From the human T2T-CHM13v2.0 reference genome, Homo sapiens: a stretch of DNA of 64,000 nucleotides. The translations under genes were made by a program, and so were the position numbers. The DNA lies in NCBI RefSeq assembly GCF_009914755.1, contig NC_060926.1, one strand, 5' to 3'. The notes below the pieces were generated by a model. That model ran no database searches. It saw only the letters and a list, made by a program, of their open reading frames with translations, and was not told the DNA's origin. This document shows positions 15,650-30,355 of this stretch, piece after piece. How positions within the stretch are numbered: the first letter of the stretch is position 1; every line of letters begins with the position of its first letter.

Positions 15650-16537
15650 GTAAAAAGAAAAAAAAAACCAAACTCTTCTCTGAACCGAAACTGTTTCTTC
15701 CCCTCTTGGCATCCTGTGACTCTCAGAGAAAATATCCAGGGTCAGTTACTCTTTGTACCAAGGAACCGTGGACTGCATAATTTCATGTCACTTTGAATTT
15801 GGTGACCCTGTATTGATTGATTGAATTGAAGTGGTTATTTTAATGCTAGTAGTAAGAAATACCTAATTTTAAACTTGGTAGGAAGATCCAGTCATTATCT
15901 ACATATCAATTTTTTTGGTACCTACTTTATGGTAGGACCTGGGAATATAAAATATGTAAAGCACATAGTATGTGTCCACGAAAAGTGCCCAGTCACTTTG
16001 GAGAGAAGGCAGACATGCACTAAAGTCTAACCAGCATGCTGAAAAATATGTACAGTATAAGTATTGGGAATTTTGAGGAAGGAAAGGTCACTGAATGGAG
16101 GCACTTAAAGAACCCATTACTGCTGAATGAATAAATAAATGAAGTAGAGTAAATGTAAGCCGAGGCTTACAGGATGAGAAGGGCTTAAGGAAACAGTGAC
16201 AGGACAACAACTTTAGACCTGAGCAAGGGAAGAGAAATGGTACTCTACCCAGAGCTTCTCAGCAGAGCAGTTTGGCACAGCAGGAAATTCCCTCAGGGCT
16301 GTGGTGTTTGCCCAGGCTGCAGAGTTCTGGGGTTGGTCTCTGCATCTGTCGCTGTACAGAGTACCCCAGGCAATGTGCATCAGCAGCCAAGGTTGTGAAC
16401 CACTGAGTGGCAGGACTCCTGCTGTGTGGGAAGGGCTTTCACTTGTATAGATGCTTACCTTTCCACTGTCGGGATGGAGTGGAGCAGGGTTGCATGAGCA
16501 CCAGGGAATTGTGACCAGCTGTTTTCTCCTTTGGCAG

Positions 16538-16675
16538 ATGAGGAATGAATTTACCATTACCCATGTTCTCATCCCCAAGCAAAGTGCTGGGTCTGATTAC
16601 TGCAACACAGAGAACGAAGAAGAACTTTTCCTCATACAGGATCAGCAGGGCCTCATCACACTGGGCTGGATTCAT
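16538..16675 (+). CDS. STAMBP: STAMBP coding exon (138 nt, c.868-1005): [15 protein letters not shown]...LITLGWIH, ending on the first Zn-binding His
   Basis: Acceptor ctcctttggcag| and donor CAT|gtaagc. Overlaps ORF 16451..16705. Confidence 0.98.
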
Positions 16676-16920
16676 GTAAGCAATTCTGAGCTGTCCGAGA
16701 GTTAGTCTCTGCCTCTCCCATGGTGGTATAAATACATGAGTGTTTCTTTGAACAAAGTCAATTATATCCAGATTATTTATTGTTTTTCTCTCTTTTGGAT
16801 GCAGTCCTTAGCATACTTGACTATTGCACTTTGGTATTGTTTTCTGGGAACACTTAGGGCTTTTAAATTTTTTTAACTTTTTATTTATTTTTTAGTAAAA
16901 ATAAACTGTTTTCCCTAAAG

Positions 16921-17028
16921 TTCCAGTTTCCCTCTGAGTGTAACTGGTGATGGGATGCTGGCCTAGAATATAAGTGGACATTGACCTTAGAGACTATGCC
17001 TACTGTGTACAGATGATGTTCCTTAAAG
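16921..17028 (+). other. STAMBP: Latent 108-nt STAMBP pseudoexon (poison exon)
   Basis: Acceptor ctgttttccctaaag| at 16920, weak donor AAG|gtatat at 17029, in-frame TGA at 16948-16950. The donor +5 base (17033) is c.1005+358. Confidence 0.85.
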
Positions 17029-17798
17029 GTATATAATTCAAAATATTTTAAATTAGCCAAGGAGGTTAATTCAGATGCTTGCATTTGGTCTTTCTTAAAG
17101 CACCTTTATATAAACAAGAAGGGCTATAAATACACATGATTTTCAAGTGTCTGCATATCTTGTGCAGCCTTCTGGTAATGTTCAGGTAAAATATAATGCC
17201 TTCCCTAAAGATTATTTTTAAATTTTTCTTTCTATTCCTTTTCAACCCCTCACTCTCATAGCCCAAGCTGCATTTTATGCTGTATGACAGAGTTACAAAT
17301 AAATTGGCTTATTCTTGGATTACACATACTTGTATGCCAGAATTTGGGAAAGACTGACCTGTGAGGCAGTCCCATGTGCCTTCTGTCCTTTCTTCTATTC
17401 AATTACATTCATGTTGATGATTTGCCTATTATTGTGTATCCCCATCCCACCCCCATTGTAGTAGATGGGGGAGAGAAAACTTGTTCCTTATCTGCCAGGG
17501 CATACAAATTTGAGTAAGGTATGATTTTAGCCTCATGAAGGAGATTAAATAAATAGACAATTAATAACTTCACCTGGGGCAGAACGTGCTAAAGGCCACA
17601 AGAGGTGCCAGCGAGGCACTGTGGAATTCAGAGGAAGGAGGGACCATGCCTGATAGGGTTTAGTAGAATGTTGGCAAGCTGGGCCAAGGGCAAGTTCCTT
17701 AAGGAGCAGACAGGTGGAGAAGAGGCGGACTCTGTCCCTGGAGCACTGGGGGGACCAGTTCACTGAGATTTATGGTTCATATCAGGAAACAGTGGTAG

Positions 17799-18111
<313 letters not shown>

Positions 18112-18839
18112 TAATGTAGTACATTGGAGCCGAGTTCTGGAGGGTCTGGGGTGGACAGGCAGAATTGTTCCACTTTTTAGTAAGTGGAAAATTCCTAAAG
18201 GTTTTTGAGTAGAGCAATGATATGATTAAAGCCATACTTTAGAAAATTTAACATAAATACAGTTTTAAGGTAGGTTGTGGCAAGGAGATGATTTAAGAGG
18301 TTAGTGTGCTGATAAAGCCTAATAATGATAAGAGCTAGGGTGATGCTAGTGTGTTTGGGAAGGAGGAGATGAATGTAGGATTTCAGAGGATTTGGGAAAT
18401 GAGTAATAGAGGATGATGACTCAGAGTCAATGGTGACTCAGAGATTTGGGGCCTTGCAGTGATCATCTCATAAGCAAAAGTAGGGGATCCAGGAGAAGGA
18501 TTTGGTTTGAAAGTGGGGTTCAGTTCTGAGCATGTTAAATTTCAGGTATTGATGAGATATTAAATCATTGGAGGTAGTTATCAGCCAGTTGGCAATGTAG
18601 GGCTAGAACTTGGGAGCAAAGTCAAAGCAGGAGAGAGGGCTCTGGGAATCCACTATTTAGTGCTGATCTTGGAAGCCCTGGAAGTAGGAGAAGAGTCTAG
18701 AGCAAGAAAAGGTTCACTGGCAACTTGGGGGACAGGCTACCTAATGTAACATAGAATGTAGTTAGCAATGGAGCAAAGAGATGTATGAAAAAGGTGAGGG
18801 TAGTGGTAAGGCACAGAAGCCATAGGAGGAGGAAGGCTC

Positions 18840-19005
18840 TTTTGTTTTGTTTTGTTTTTGAGACGGAGTCTCACACTGTCGCCCAGGTTGGGGTGCAGTG
18901 GCGCAATCTTGGCTCTGCAACCTCCGCCTCCCAGGTTCAAGTGATTCTCCTGCCTCAGTGTCCTGAGTAGCTGTGATTACAGGTACCCGCCACTATGCCT
19001 GGCTA

Positions 19006-19048
<43 letters not shown>

Positions 19049-19079
19049 TTTTAGTAGACTGGGTTTCACTATGTTGGCC

Positions 19080-19121
<42 letters not shown>

Positions 19122-19220
19122 TTTTAGTAGAGACTGGGTTTCACTATGTTGGCCAGGCTGGTCTCGAAATCCTGACCTTGTGATCCTCGTGATTATAGGC
19201 ATGAGCCACCGCACCCGGCC
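18840..19220 (-). mobile_element. AluS containing two (TG)n tracts in an internal tandem duplication
   Basis: (TG)19 at 19008-19045 and (TG)18 at 19083-19118; TSD aggaaggct on both sides. Confidence 0.92.
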
Positions 19221-19605
19221 AAGGAAGGCTTTAAGAAAAAATTTCCAGATGTTAACCATGTCACATCCTATGGAGAGCTCCAGAATGGTGAAGACTCGGA
19301 TCGGCCTGGATTTGATGAAATTATTGAGGATCTCGATTTAGTGTGTTTTAGGCATTAATGGGAGTAGACTGTAAGAGTTTAAGAACTCATAGGGATTAAG
19401 TTTGTGGAGACAATGAAGTATACACTACCATTTTGAGCAACTTAGCTCTAGAGGAAAGGAGAAACATGGAATGGTGGTTTAAGGAGAAGTTGGGTTGAGA
19501 GAATGTTTGGTTGATTGTTCAAAGTGAAAGGCTTGAACATGTTTTGTTTTGATGAAATATAACACATGTAATAAGAAAGCACACAGAAACTAAATATATA
19601 CTTTA

Positions 19606-19912
<307 letters not shown>

Positions 19913-20633
19913 TTAACAAATCATTAAGCAAATATCTATGTACATACACTACCTAGGTCAGGAAACAGAACACTGTCAGGAGCATGCATGCCCTAAGGGA
20001 GGGAAGTCCTCCCTTCCTTGCTTCGTTTATAATTTCACCACTTCAATGTGTATCTCTAAACACTATAGTTTACTTTTGCCTGGCTTTTACCTTTTTGTAA
20101 ATGGAGTTATACCATATGTATATTTGTGTCTTGCTTCTTTTGCTCAACATTTTGAAGGTTTATCCACATTCTTGTGTGTAGTTTTCTGAACATGTTCTTA
20201 TGCCCAATGAGCCAACAATGGAGATGTAAAAGGGCAGGAGAGACAAGGTAATGTGGTGATAAGGAAGGATCGAATGAGAAGTACATAGAGGGATTCATCT
20301 TCACAGGGGGAAAAACATCCATTCCTCCAAGACAAGATTGAATGAACGGAAATGAAGATCCAGAGAGATTTTTGAAATGATGTCTGGAGGAGTTGAGGAA
20401 ACACGTTTTAGACAATCTTGACCTCAATAAGGTTGGAGTCTAGGTCTGCTGTTGAGCAAGAGGGAGACCAAGGAGGAATTAGAAACTGGAGGAGATGGGG
20501 GAAAGTTTAGAATCATTACTGTACAGACTTCAGGTAGAACTTAGCTACAAATGAATAAAAGAGTTTTAAGTATCAGTGAGGGTCCAGTTGGGAACAGATT
20601 TGAAGCCTAAATTGATAGTAGTTCAGCTTTTTT

Positions 20634-20803
20634 ATTTTTATTTTTTGAGATGAGGTCTCACTACATTGTTTATGTTGGAATACAGTGGCTATTCACAGGC
20701 ACAATCATACTGCACTACAGCCTTGAGCTCCTGGGCCCAAGTGATCCTCCTGCCTCAGCCTCCTGAGTAGCTAAGACTACAAGCACACACCACTGTGCCC
20801 AGC
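20634..20803 (-). mobile_element. Alu right-arm monomer (FRAM-like)
   Basis: Single arm with TSD tagttcagctttttt at 20619 and 20804. Confidence 0.85.
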
Positions 20804-20859
20804 TAGTTCAGCTTTTTTTCCTCCATATTTCTGCACCATTCCTTCCTAATTCGGGATTA

Positions 20860-21170
<311 letters not shown>

Positions 21171-24047
21171 CGAAAAGCAGACCGAAAGATTTATTCAGAT
21201 CTTAAAATTGGCCAGAGGAAAATGCAAAAGATCAGTTCTTCCTTCTTAACCTTGTCAACTATGAATCAGCTGCCCAGGTCAAAAGTATGGTTATGGATTG
21301 ATCACCAACTGTTGTCAAACCTCCAGCCCAGAACTCAAGGCACTCCTCATCATGTTTCAGCGCTATCTGAGCCATTTCCCTTTAGGGAAAATTTCCCTCT
21401 TAGGTACCCAGGCTGCCTTCAGCATTCACCCTCCTTGCTCATTTCTGCTCCTTCGGTATATTGTTTTCTCTTTGTCAAAGTGCCTTCCTCTATCCCCAGC
21501 AGCATGGGCACAGTGAACATAATGAACTATTCATTCAAGAAACTTGACTGTGAAAGGAAGGAGGGAGAGAAGGTACAGTAGTTAGAGAGGAGCAGGGGAT
21601 CATGGCAAAGTTTTTTGATTCTGTTTAAGAGTTGTTTACTGAGTCCCTGCTTATGTCTCTTTATTATCTTTCTGGCTACCCACGTTTGCTCCCAGTTAGA
21701 ATCCTGGACTCTAACCATGGGATGGAAGGTGGTGTTGGCACAGGCCACTGCTCTTTAGCAGCCTAAAGGATTATATTCTCATCAGGTAGAAACTTTGTGG
21801 TCACTGAAGTCCTTACATGCCCCATGAAGACTTGTGTGTGGATTTGCTGCCTGCACTGAGCTAACACGTTCCTGTCCTGAAGGCTTCTTCCACAGTGAGC
21901 TCATCACAGCACCCTGTGGAATGGTGCTTCTCAGATGAGGCTGCACATAAGAATCACTTAGTGAGCTTTCAAGAAAAATGTTCCTTCATGATGGTTCTTT
22001 CTAGGAGTGGGGTGCAGGAGTCTGGGCTTTTGTCAAGCTCCTCAGGAGATTTGTTTTTTTGGACAGCAGGTTTGAAAACGCTAGTCAATTGCATGTCTTT
22101 ATTGTCTGTGCTTTTCTGTCAGTGAAGGTTGGTTGTCTTTTTGAATCATGCTAGATCTTTTTCCATTTTTGTTACCTAAGATCACACCTCCTCTAAGATG
22201 AACATAAGTCATTATATAGTTGTCTGTTTTGTATATAAAATATGTGCTTAATAAAACAAACAATGGAAACAAATAATCGGGATGCACATTTAGGTGATAT
22301 TTTAACTGATTAACCTCAAATTTTAGCATCGTGTTCTCCTTCCAAACAGAATGGTCTCCTTTGTATGGTTTAACTATCAACTGAAATTCAAGTATTCCCC
22401 TACCTCCCATATCTTCCTTGGATGATGCTTTAGCTACAGGACAGCCTTTGCCTATAGAACCTGATTCATGTTTGACCTTTTAACACCTCTGTGGGAGAGA
22501 AGAATCATTCATCTAATTGTGGTTTACTAAGTCCTTGACTTCCACCATGTTGAAATATTGGGTATGTACCATCTGTTCCAGAATGGGTGACTCAGTGGTA
22601 TGAAGAGACCTTGTAAGGAACCAAATAAGTCTTGATGGTCAGTTAGAAATTATGAGTCTCTTGAAAAACCAAAGCCTGAATCATCCAGAGAGAAACACTT
22701 CTTAGAGGAGATAGAAGAAATTCCCTAGCAAAAGTTCCAAGGGCCACTGAGTGCCATTCACAATTGTTGAGGACACCCACCTACCTTGTCCATGGATGCC
22801 CATCATGACAACCCCATTAACACCTTTGATTCCATGGATCCCTGGGTGAATCCAACATCATAGTCCTTGAGTTCTTCCAATTTGGTTCAAGAACAGGAGA
22901 GCTAGAGCAGGAAATATCAACAAACAACCCCCTCTTCTGTCTCCAACCCTGAGATGCAAATGTCTTTTCCTGTCTCCACTCCTACTGTCTGGTGATCTTT
23001 GTGCAGCAGGTATGTGCCTGAAGGAGGTCTCCAAGCCAGTTTCTGTGTGCTGTCATCTGAGATGGGGTTCCCCTTGCCAGTTCTCACACCCCACAAGACC
23101 CACCATACTGATCTCCTGGCTAGCACACACCAACCCCAGGGAAGCCTTTTCTTCACACTTGGAACCTAGATCTTGATTTCCTTTTGTGAGGTCAGAATTT
23201 GTTTAACTGGAATGTGGCACAGCATTGAATTCTTCTGCCTTGTCTATTCCAGCCTCAGAATTCTGTTTTTCTCCCACTTTGCAGTGGTCTTTGAGTTTTA
23301 ACACTGTGGAACAGTATCTTTCCCCGATGATGCCCCAGATGGAAGGTTTGAGTTCTGTCCCTGGGTCCTCTCCATACCCTACCTGTTTAATGGCCCGATG
23401 TCTTGATGCCTTCTCGCATCAAGGCTCTGCGCCTACAGTCCTTCATCCAACCAGGAATTCCAGAACCCATCAGGTACCCTAGATCTTCTGAACCAGTGGG
23501 ATCAGAGTCCCCGTTTTGAGTAGTACAGAGAAGAAAGTTCCCCCTTTGTGTTTACCTCCCTTTTTGTCTGCCTACTCCAGTTCCCCCTTCCCCCTGAGTG
23601 CTCAAGCTGCCTAACATCTTCCACTGCCTTCAAACAAGGGAAGCCAGAAAGTTCCAAGCCTCTTCGTCCACAGTTTACTTTTGTCCAGTACAGCCTTGGT
23701 GACCTCTGGGAGCTCTCTCCCTGAGAAGGTTGTCTGAGTGAATTAGATGAAATGTGGTGGGTGGGTTATTTGGTATGTCATCTATAACCATGAGCTAGGA
23801 CGGCATGCGCTTGCCTGGGCTTAATGCTGTTACTTTCCATTAGAAAAAGATCACCTTATCATTCATCAGACACTCTACAGAATCTCAGAATTATGGTTCT
23901 GCACAATGTAAGTGAGGGCATACATCCACCTACCCAGGAACTGAAGTGGAATCTCCCCCACCCCACTTGTGGCATCTCCCCACGATTGCTCTTCAGACAA
24001 ATCCTCATCTGTTTAGTTGTCATTCTGCTGGGGACAATGCAATCTAA

Positions 24048-24603
<556 letters not shown>

Positions 24604-24833
24604 TGTTTTTGTTTTTTCTTTTTTTAATTGACAAATAACAATAGTCTATATGTTTTGAAATATGTATGCATATATTGTGGAATGGGAAAATCAAGCTAAT
24701 TAGCATATGCATTATGTCACATACTTTTTTGTGGTGAGAACACTTGAAATCTACTCTCTTAAGCAGTTTTCAAGTGTATAATACATTGTGATGAACAGTA
24801 GTCACCATGTTGTATAGTAAGTCTCTTGAACTT
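24604..24833 (-). mobile_element. L1MA-type 3' end fragment
   Basis: T-rich tail then gtggtgagaacacttgaaatctactctctt and gtcaccatgttgtatag. Confidence 0.8.
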
Positions 24834-25043
24834 AAAAAAGGAAAGAAATTATGAGTCTCTTCACATACTGGTATTAAGCAATATTTGTTTACAGTGCTGG
24901 AAAGGAGCTTCCTTACTTATTAGGAACCTCAGGTGGACCTCTCATGGTTGCAGATGGCTTCTCACTTACAAAGGAGATTGTGACCAGCTGTTGAGAACTG
25001 TTTGGCTTTACTTCCTTCAGAGACCAGACTTGGTTGTATGTCA

Positions 25044-25373
25044 GAGTAGTCCCCCCCTTATCCTCAGGGGATATGAGCCCAGACCCCCCAATGGATGCCT
25101 GAAATCACAGATAGTACCAAACCCTATATATGCTATGTTTTTTTCCTATACATGCATACTTGCGATAAAGTTTAATTTATAAATTAGGCACAGGAAGAGA
25201 TTAACAACAACTATAATAAAACAGAACAGTTATAAAAATACAGTGTAATAAAAGTTATGTGAAGATGATCTCTCTTTCTCAAAGTATGTTATCGTATGTA
25301 ATATTTTCAGATTGCAGTTGATATGGATAGCTTTAAACCTCAGAAAGGGAATCGCAAATAAGGAGGGATTACC
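25044..25373. mobile_element. MER44A-like Tigger MITE ending ~45 nt upstream of the catalytic exon
   Basis: TIRs agtagtccccccttatcc / ataaggagggattac. Confidence 0.8.
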
Positions 25374-25399
25374 ATATATCCTCGCTAAGAGTCCTCTGA

Positions 25400-25531
<132 letters not shown>

Positions 25532-25838
25532 TGAGTATAGAGGGCATGGTTCTGGGTGTTTCAAGGGGGTAGTAGGGAAGAAAGCCTCAGGGGAAAAGGT
25601 CTCTATTCTTGTGGACTTGTCCTTTGTAAAATACATAGATTATAATGTAAGTTGGTTATTCTAAAGGGCTTCCTTTTAAGCCCCATATCATGATTTATCT
25701 ATCATGCTTGTTCAAAAAGATATCCAAGTAACAACTTAGTTGCTTTTCTAAGAAAAGTCTACAAGAAATTTGAAGTGTTTGACTTGAAGCGATAGGAATG
25801 TCAAGAGTTTTATGTTGGATTAGAAAGTTTCAAAATCA

Positions 25839-25903
25839 TAAAATATAAAAAAATAAAAAATAAAAAATAAAAAAATATAATAAAAAAATAAAAATAAAAA
25901 ATA
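25839..25903 (+). mobile_element. Solo A-rich tail insertion with 17-bp TSD
   Basis: agaaagtttcaaaatca at 25822-25838 and 25904-25920 flanks a (TAAAAAA)n-like tract. Confidence 0.8.
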
Positions 25904-26215
25904 AGAAAGTTTCAAAATCAAACACATTATCTCAGAATGCACTTCTTTTTCATACCAAATCCTGTCTCTACTCCCACTTTGATTATTTACTATGAATTCT
26001 CCAGCAAAACTAGTGTGATGGCAGTAATGAGTCATTCTCTAACTGTGATTCATTCACCAGAGAAGAGACCTGTGAGGCAGCATCCTACAGAAGCTGTCTC
26101 ACAATGACCTCTGCCCTGCTGTGTGAGTGTGCATGCTGGTGTGTGTGTGCGTGCATATGTTTGGGATGGAGGGACACCTTTGCTTGACTCTTAGCCTGCC
26201 TTTTTTAAATTTCAG

Positions 26216-26315
26216 AACTGGATTCTTTAAACTAACTGACCATGGACTAGAGGAGATTTCTTCCTGTCGCCAGAAAGGATTTCATCCACACAGCAAGGAT
26301 CCACCTCTGTTCTGT
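26216..26315 (+). CDS. STAMBP: STAMBP coding exon (100 nt, c.1119-1218): [33 protein letters not shown] (Ins-2, structural Zn ligands)
   Basis: Acceptor aaatttcag| and donor TGT|gtacgt. Overlaps ORF 26127..26399. Confidence 0.97.
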
Positions 26316-26469
26316 GTACGTATCTATGTAAAAGAAAATGGGGCTATGCTTCAAGCAGGGAGGACAGTCAGAGCTGATGAAATGCATCATCCTTTCTGAT
26401 CCACACAGAAGACCAGCTTTGTCACTTACCTTGCCAGATCTCCATAATAAGGACGTACATGAGAAGCAG

Positions 26470-26670
26470 TGTGGGACAGGAATAGATTTGAATCTTAGCT
26501 TTGCCACTGTGTGCCTTTGATTGGGCTACTTACCGTTCCTGGGCCTCAGTTTTCCCATCTATAAAATAGGCATAATAATAACACCTACTTTATAGGGTTC
26601 TTGAGATGATTAAATGAAGTAATGTGCAGGAAGTACGTAATGCAGTTGCTGGCTTATTAAATGTTACTTT
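26470..26670 (+). mobile_element. MIR
   Basis: Core cctcagttttcccatctataaaataggcataataata. Confidence 0.85.
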
Positions 26671-27659
26671 TTCCTTTCATCAATGTCTCTTTCTAAGCCT
26701 GTACTTCAATAAGAGATTTGAAGGCAAAGGAAAAGAGAAGCCACTTCAGATAGGTAAATTAAGTATATTTGTAGAATTTTGCTTAAATCATAGGGGCTTT
26801 ACGACCTTCCTACAAAGTTCTTTTTTCCCTATGTTGTGGTCTGTGAATAAAAAGTTTAGTTGATGATAAGATCAGTATGTTTCCATTTGCCCCTGCAAGC
26901 TGATTTGATGGTGTTGCATTACTCCATGCTGGCCATGGAGTATTATTTCTTTTGGGTTCAGAGAAAAGTGAGCAATATGGAAAAGGGACTAAGAACCTTG
27001 ACACTTAAAAGGACCTGGAGATGCTTAGAAGAGAAACCCCAGGAAGGATCTGAGAGCTGATTTCAAGTGTTAGAAGAGTTGAAGTATAAAAAAAGGGATT
27101 GGGTATATTTCACGTCACTCCTAGCACTAAAACAAAGACTTCATGGAATGATGGTTTTCTGCTGAGCGTGAGGAAGAACTTTCTGACAAATCTGTTCAAA
27201 AATAGATCAGTCTGCCTTGGAATGTCTAAGTACTAGGATGTTGAAACAAAGACTACACAATCAGAAAAAAAGGTCTGGGGCACCAGTGCCCATGTTTTCA
27301 GTTATAAAGGCCCCTGTTGCATGCCAAAAGGGAGCATTCTTCTCTCACCATGTGACAGTAGGTATACTTTATTATTTGGGTGACATCATAGCTAAAAAAA
27401 CTGTGATGAATTCAGTAATTCTTTTAAATTAATATATATTTTAGGGATGACACTATTTGTTCCCAAGTTTAGGAATCAAAGAATGAGTCTAGAATGTATA
27501 TACATTTTAAAAATAAACAAAGGTAAATGGGCAAACACTGATTCCATCTACAGGTGGGACTGGTGGTAGTAATGAGTCCCAGACTCTTACCACAACTACC
27601 ACTTAAATAGCAGTCTGGCTTCCAGACTGAGAACCACTAGCCTAGAATGAACATTTTAA

Positions 27660-27990
<331 letters not shown>

Positions 27991-28006
27991 AAAAAGTGGT
28001 TTTTTA

Positions 28007-28333
<327 letters not shown>

Positions 28334-28366
28334 CTAGGACTCCACCTTTCTTTTTTCCTATTGCAG

Positions 28367-28423
28367 AGCTGCAGCCACGTGACTGTTGTGGACAGAGCAG
28401 TGACCATCACAGACCTTCGATGA
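28367..28423 (+). CDS. STAMBP: STAMBP last coding segment (57 nt, c.1219-1275): SCSHVTVVDRAVTITDLR-stop
   Basis: Acceptor ttttttcctattgcag| and TGA at 28421-28423. Gives the recalled AMSH C-terminus; exon lengths plus 203 upstream nt equal 425 codons. Confidence 0.98.
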   Translation, partial: SCSHVTVVDRAVTITDLR

Positions 28424-29050
28424 GCGTTTGAGTCCAACACCTTCCAAGAACAACAAAACCATATCAGTGTACTGTAGCCCCTTAATTTAAGCTTTCTAGA
28501 AAGCTTTGGAAGTTTTTGTAGATAGTAGAAAGGGGGGCATCACCTGAGAAAGAGCTGATTTTGTATTTCAGGTTTGAAAAGAAATAACTGAACATATTTT
28601 TTAGGCAAGTCAGAAAGAGAACATGGTCACCCAAAAGCAACTGTAACTCAGAAATTAAGTTACTCAGAAATTAAGTAGCTCAGAAATTAAGAAAGAATGG
28701 TATAATGAACCCCCATATACCCTTCCTTCTGGATTCACCAATTGTTAACATTTTTTTCCTCTCAGCTATCCTTCTAATTTCTCTCTAATTTCAATTTGTT
28801 TATATTTACCTCTGGGCTCAATAAGGGCATCTGTGCAGAAATTTGGAAGCCATTTAGAAAATCTTTTGGATTTTCCTGTGGTTTATGGCAATATGAATGG
28901 AGCTTATTACTGGGGTGAGGGACAGCTTACTCCATTTGACCAGATTGTTTGGCTAACACATCCCGAAGAATGATTTTGTCAGGAATTATTGTTATTTAAT
29001 AAATATTTCAGGATATTTTTCCTCTACAATAAAGTAACAATTAACTTATG
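28424..29050 (+). other. STAMBP: STAMBP proximal 3' UTR
   Basis: Repeat-free AT-rich sequence between the stop codon and the first AATAAA pair. The 3' end is approximate. Confidence 0.8.
28644..28691 (+). repeat. 16-bp tandem triplication in the STAMBP 3' UTR
   Basis: TAACTCAGAAATTAAG / TTACTCAGAAATTAAG / TAGCTCAGAAATTAAG. Confidence 0.9.
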
Positions 29051-29060
29051 TTTTTGTGCT
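28998..29060 (+). terminator. Proximal polyadenylation signals of STAMBP
   Basis: AATAAA at 28998-29003 and 29028-29033, followed by the GU/U-rich element tatgtttttgtg at ~29047-29058. Confidence 0.8.
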
Positions 29061-30164
29061 TCAGAGTGATCCATTTGATCAAGCATTGTATAAACAGGTT
29101 AAAAAAAAGGTATGGTTGTTTTGGAAAGGTGAAGGAAAAATGGAATTTGAGATATACTGACACTGATGGTGTGTCCCAGTTCACTTTTAATTACTCCTTG
29201 TTTTTTATCTGCCTGTTGCCATCTTCCAGAGGTGTTGTGAAGTCATCTCTGTTCTTTTGGTGCTGTCTCAAATGGGTCAACCATTCACTTCCTCCTTATG
29301 CCCTCCATGCTTTTGGCTGAGGATAATGAAGCCTTTGTTTGGAGTACCAGGTTACACTCCAATAAATGATTACATTTCCCAGCCACCCCACCCTACCAAT
29401 TTCATTGTGTTGGCTGTTCTTTTCTGACTAAGGCAATACCTAGGAAAACGCTTGAAGCAGCAATTGTTACTGCAATTTTCTGTGAGCTGAGCCTGGTGTT
29501 CTAGGTGGCCTAGAAATAATGGTGTCATTTGTGACACCTCGAGTGAGGGCAGGAGAGTAAATACTTTGGCTAGGAGAAGAGTGATTTATTCTTTATCAGA
29601 ATTCTAGGTGGGGGAGGGAGAATCTGTGAATGCATAAAGTTTTCTTCATTTTTAAATTTTGTCTCAGTCTTTATTGCTTAGGTTAGTGGTCCTTGAACTT
29701 GTCCCCTGAAAGAGCCCAGTTCTCTATATTCTTTTTCTTCTCTTGGGTTCTTAATTCCCCATATAGTGGAAATTCCTTCTTTGCTGTTTTGGTATGGGTG
29801 GGTCTGGGGGCCAGCTGGGCTTGGACAAGCCATTTCCTGCTGCAGCCCAGAGCAGCCTGGCTGTTCCACCTTGCTCTAAACAGTCCTGAAATTGCCCAGT
29901 CCTCTGCTTTTGGGAAATCCATCCCCTTCTTCCCATTCTTTGTCTACCACTTAGCTTAGGGCTTTCTTACCTTTTATTTCGACTGTAGCCGTTGGCTTTT
30001 ACCAAGTCTCTTTGTTTTTAGCATTTCTTCATTCCAGTCTGTTCTGCACACTTTGATCAGGAGAAGCTTCTCACATTCCAGCCATGTTCATGTTTTCTCT
30101 CTTGCTCAAAAACCTGCAATAGCTTCCCATTGCTGAAAATCTAAATTTAGCTTTTAGTCAGAAC

Positions 30165-30355
30165 TTTCCACTTAAAGTTCTTACCCCTGGCTATATATTC
30201 AAATATCTAGGGAGCAATTTAAAAAATACTGATGCCTGTGTTCTACCCCCCACCAATTAAAGCTGAATCTCTAGGGTGGAGCCTCAGATGTTGTTTCTGC
30301 ATTTGTCTTTCAAGCTGCTAGAATTCTCAAGTACAACCAGGGTTGACAACCACTG
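30165..30355. mobile_element. MER5-like hAT MITE
   Basis: tttaaaaaatactgatgcctg...ctgaatctctagggtggagcc...gggttgacaaccactg. Confidence 0.65.

Noticed and set aside
28644-28691. Regularly spaced direct repeats reminiscent of a CRISPR array
   Set aside because: Three abutting 16-bp units with no unique spacers in a human 3' UTR; no cas genes.
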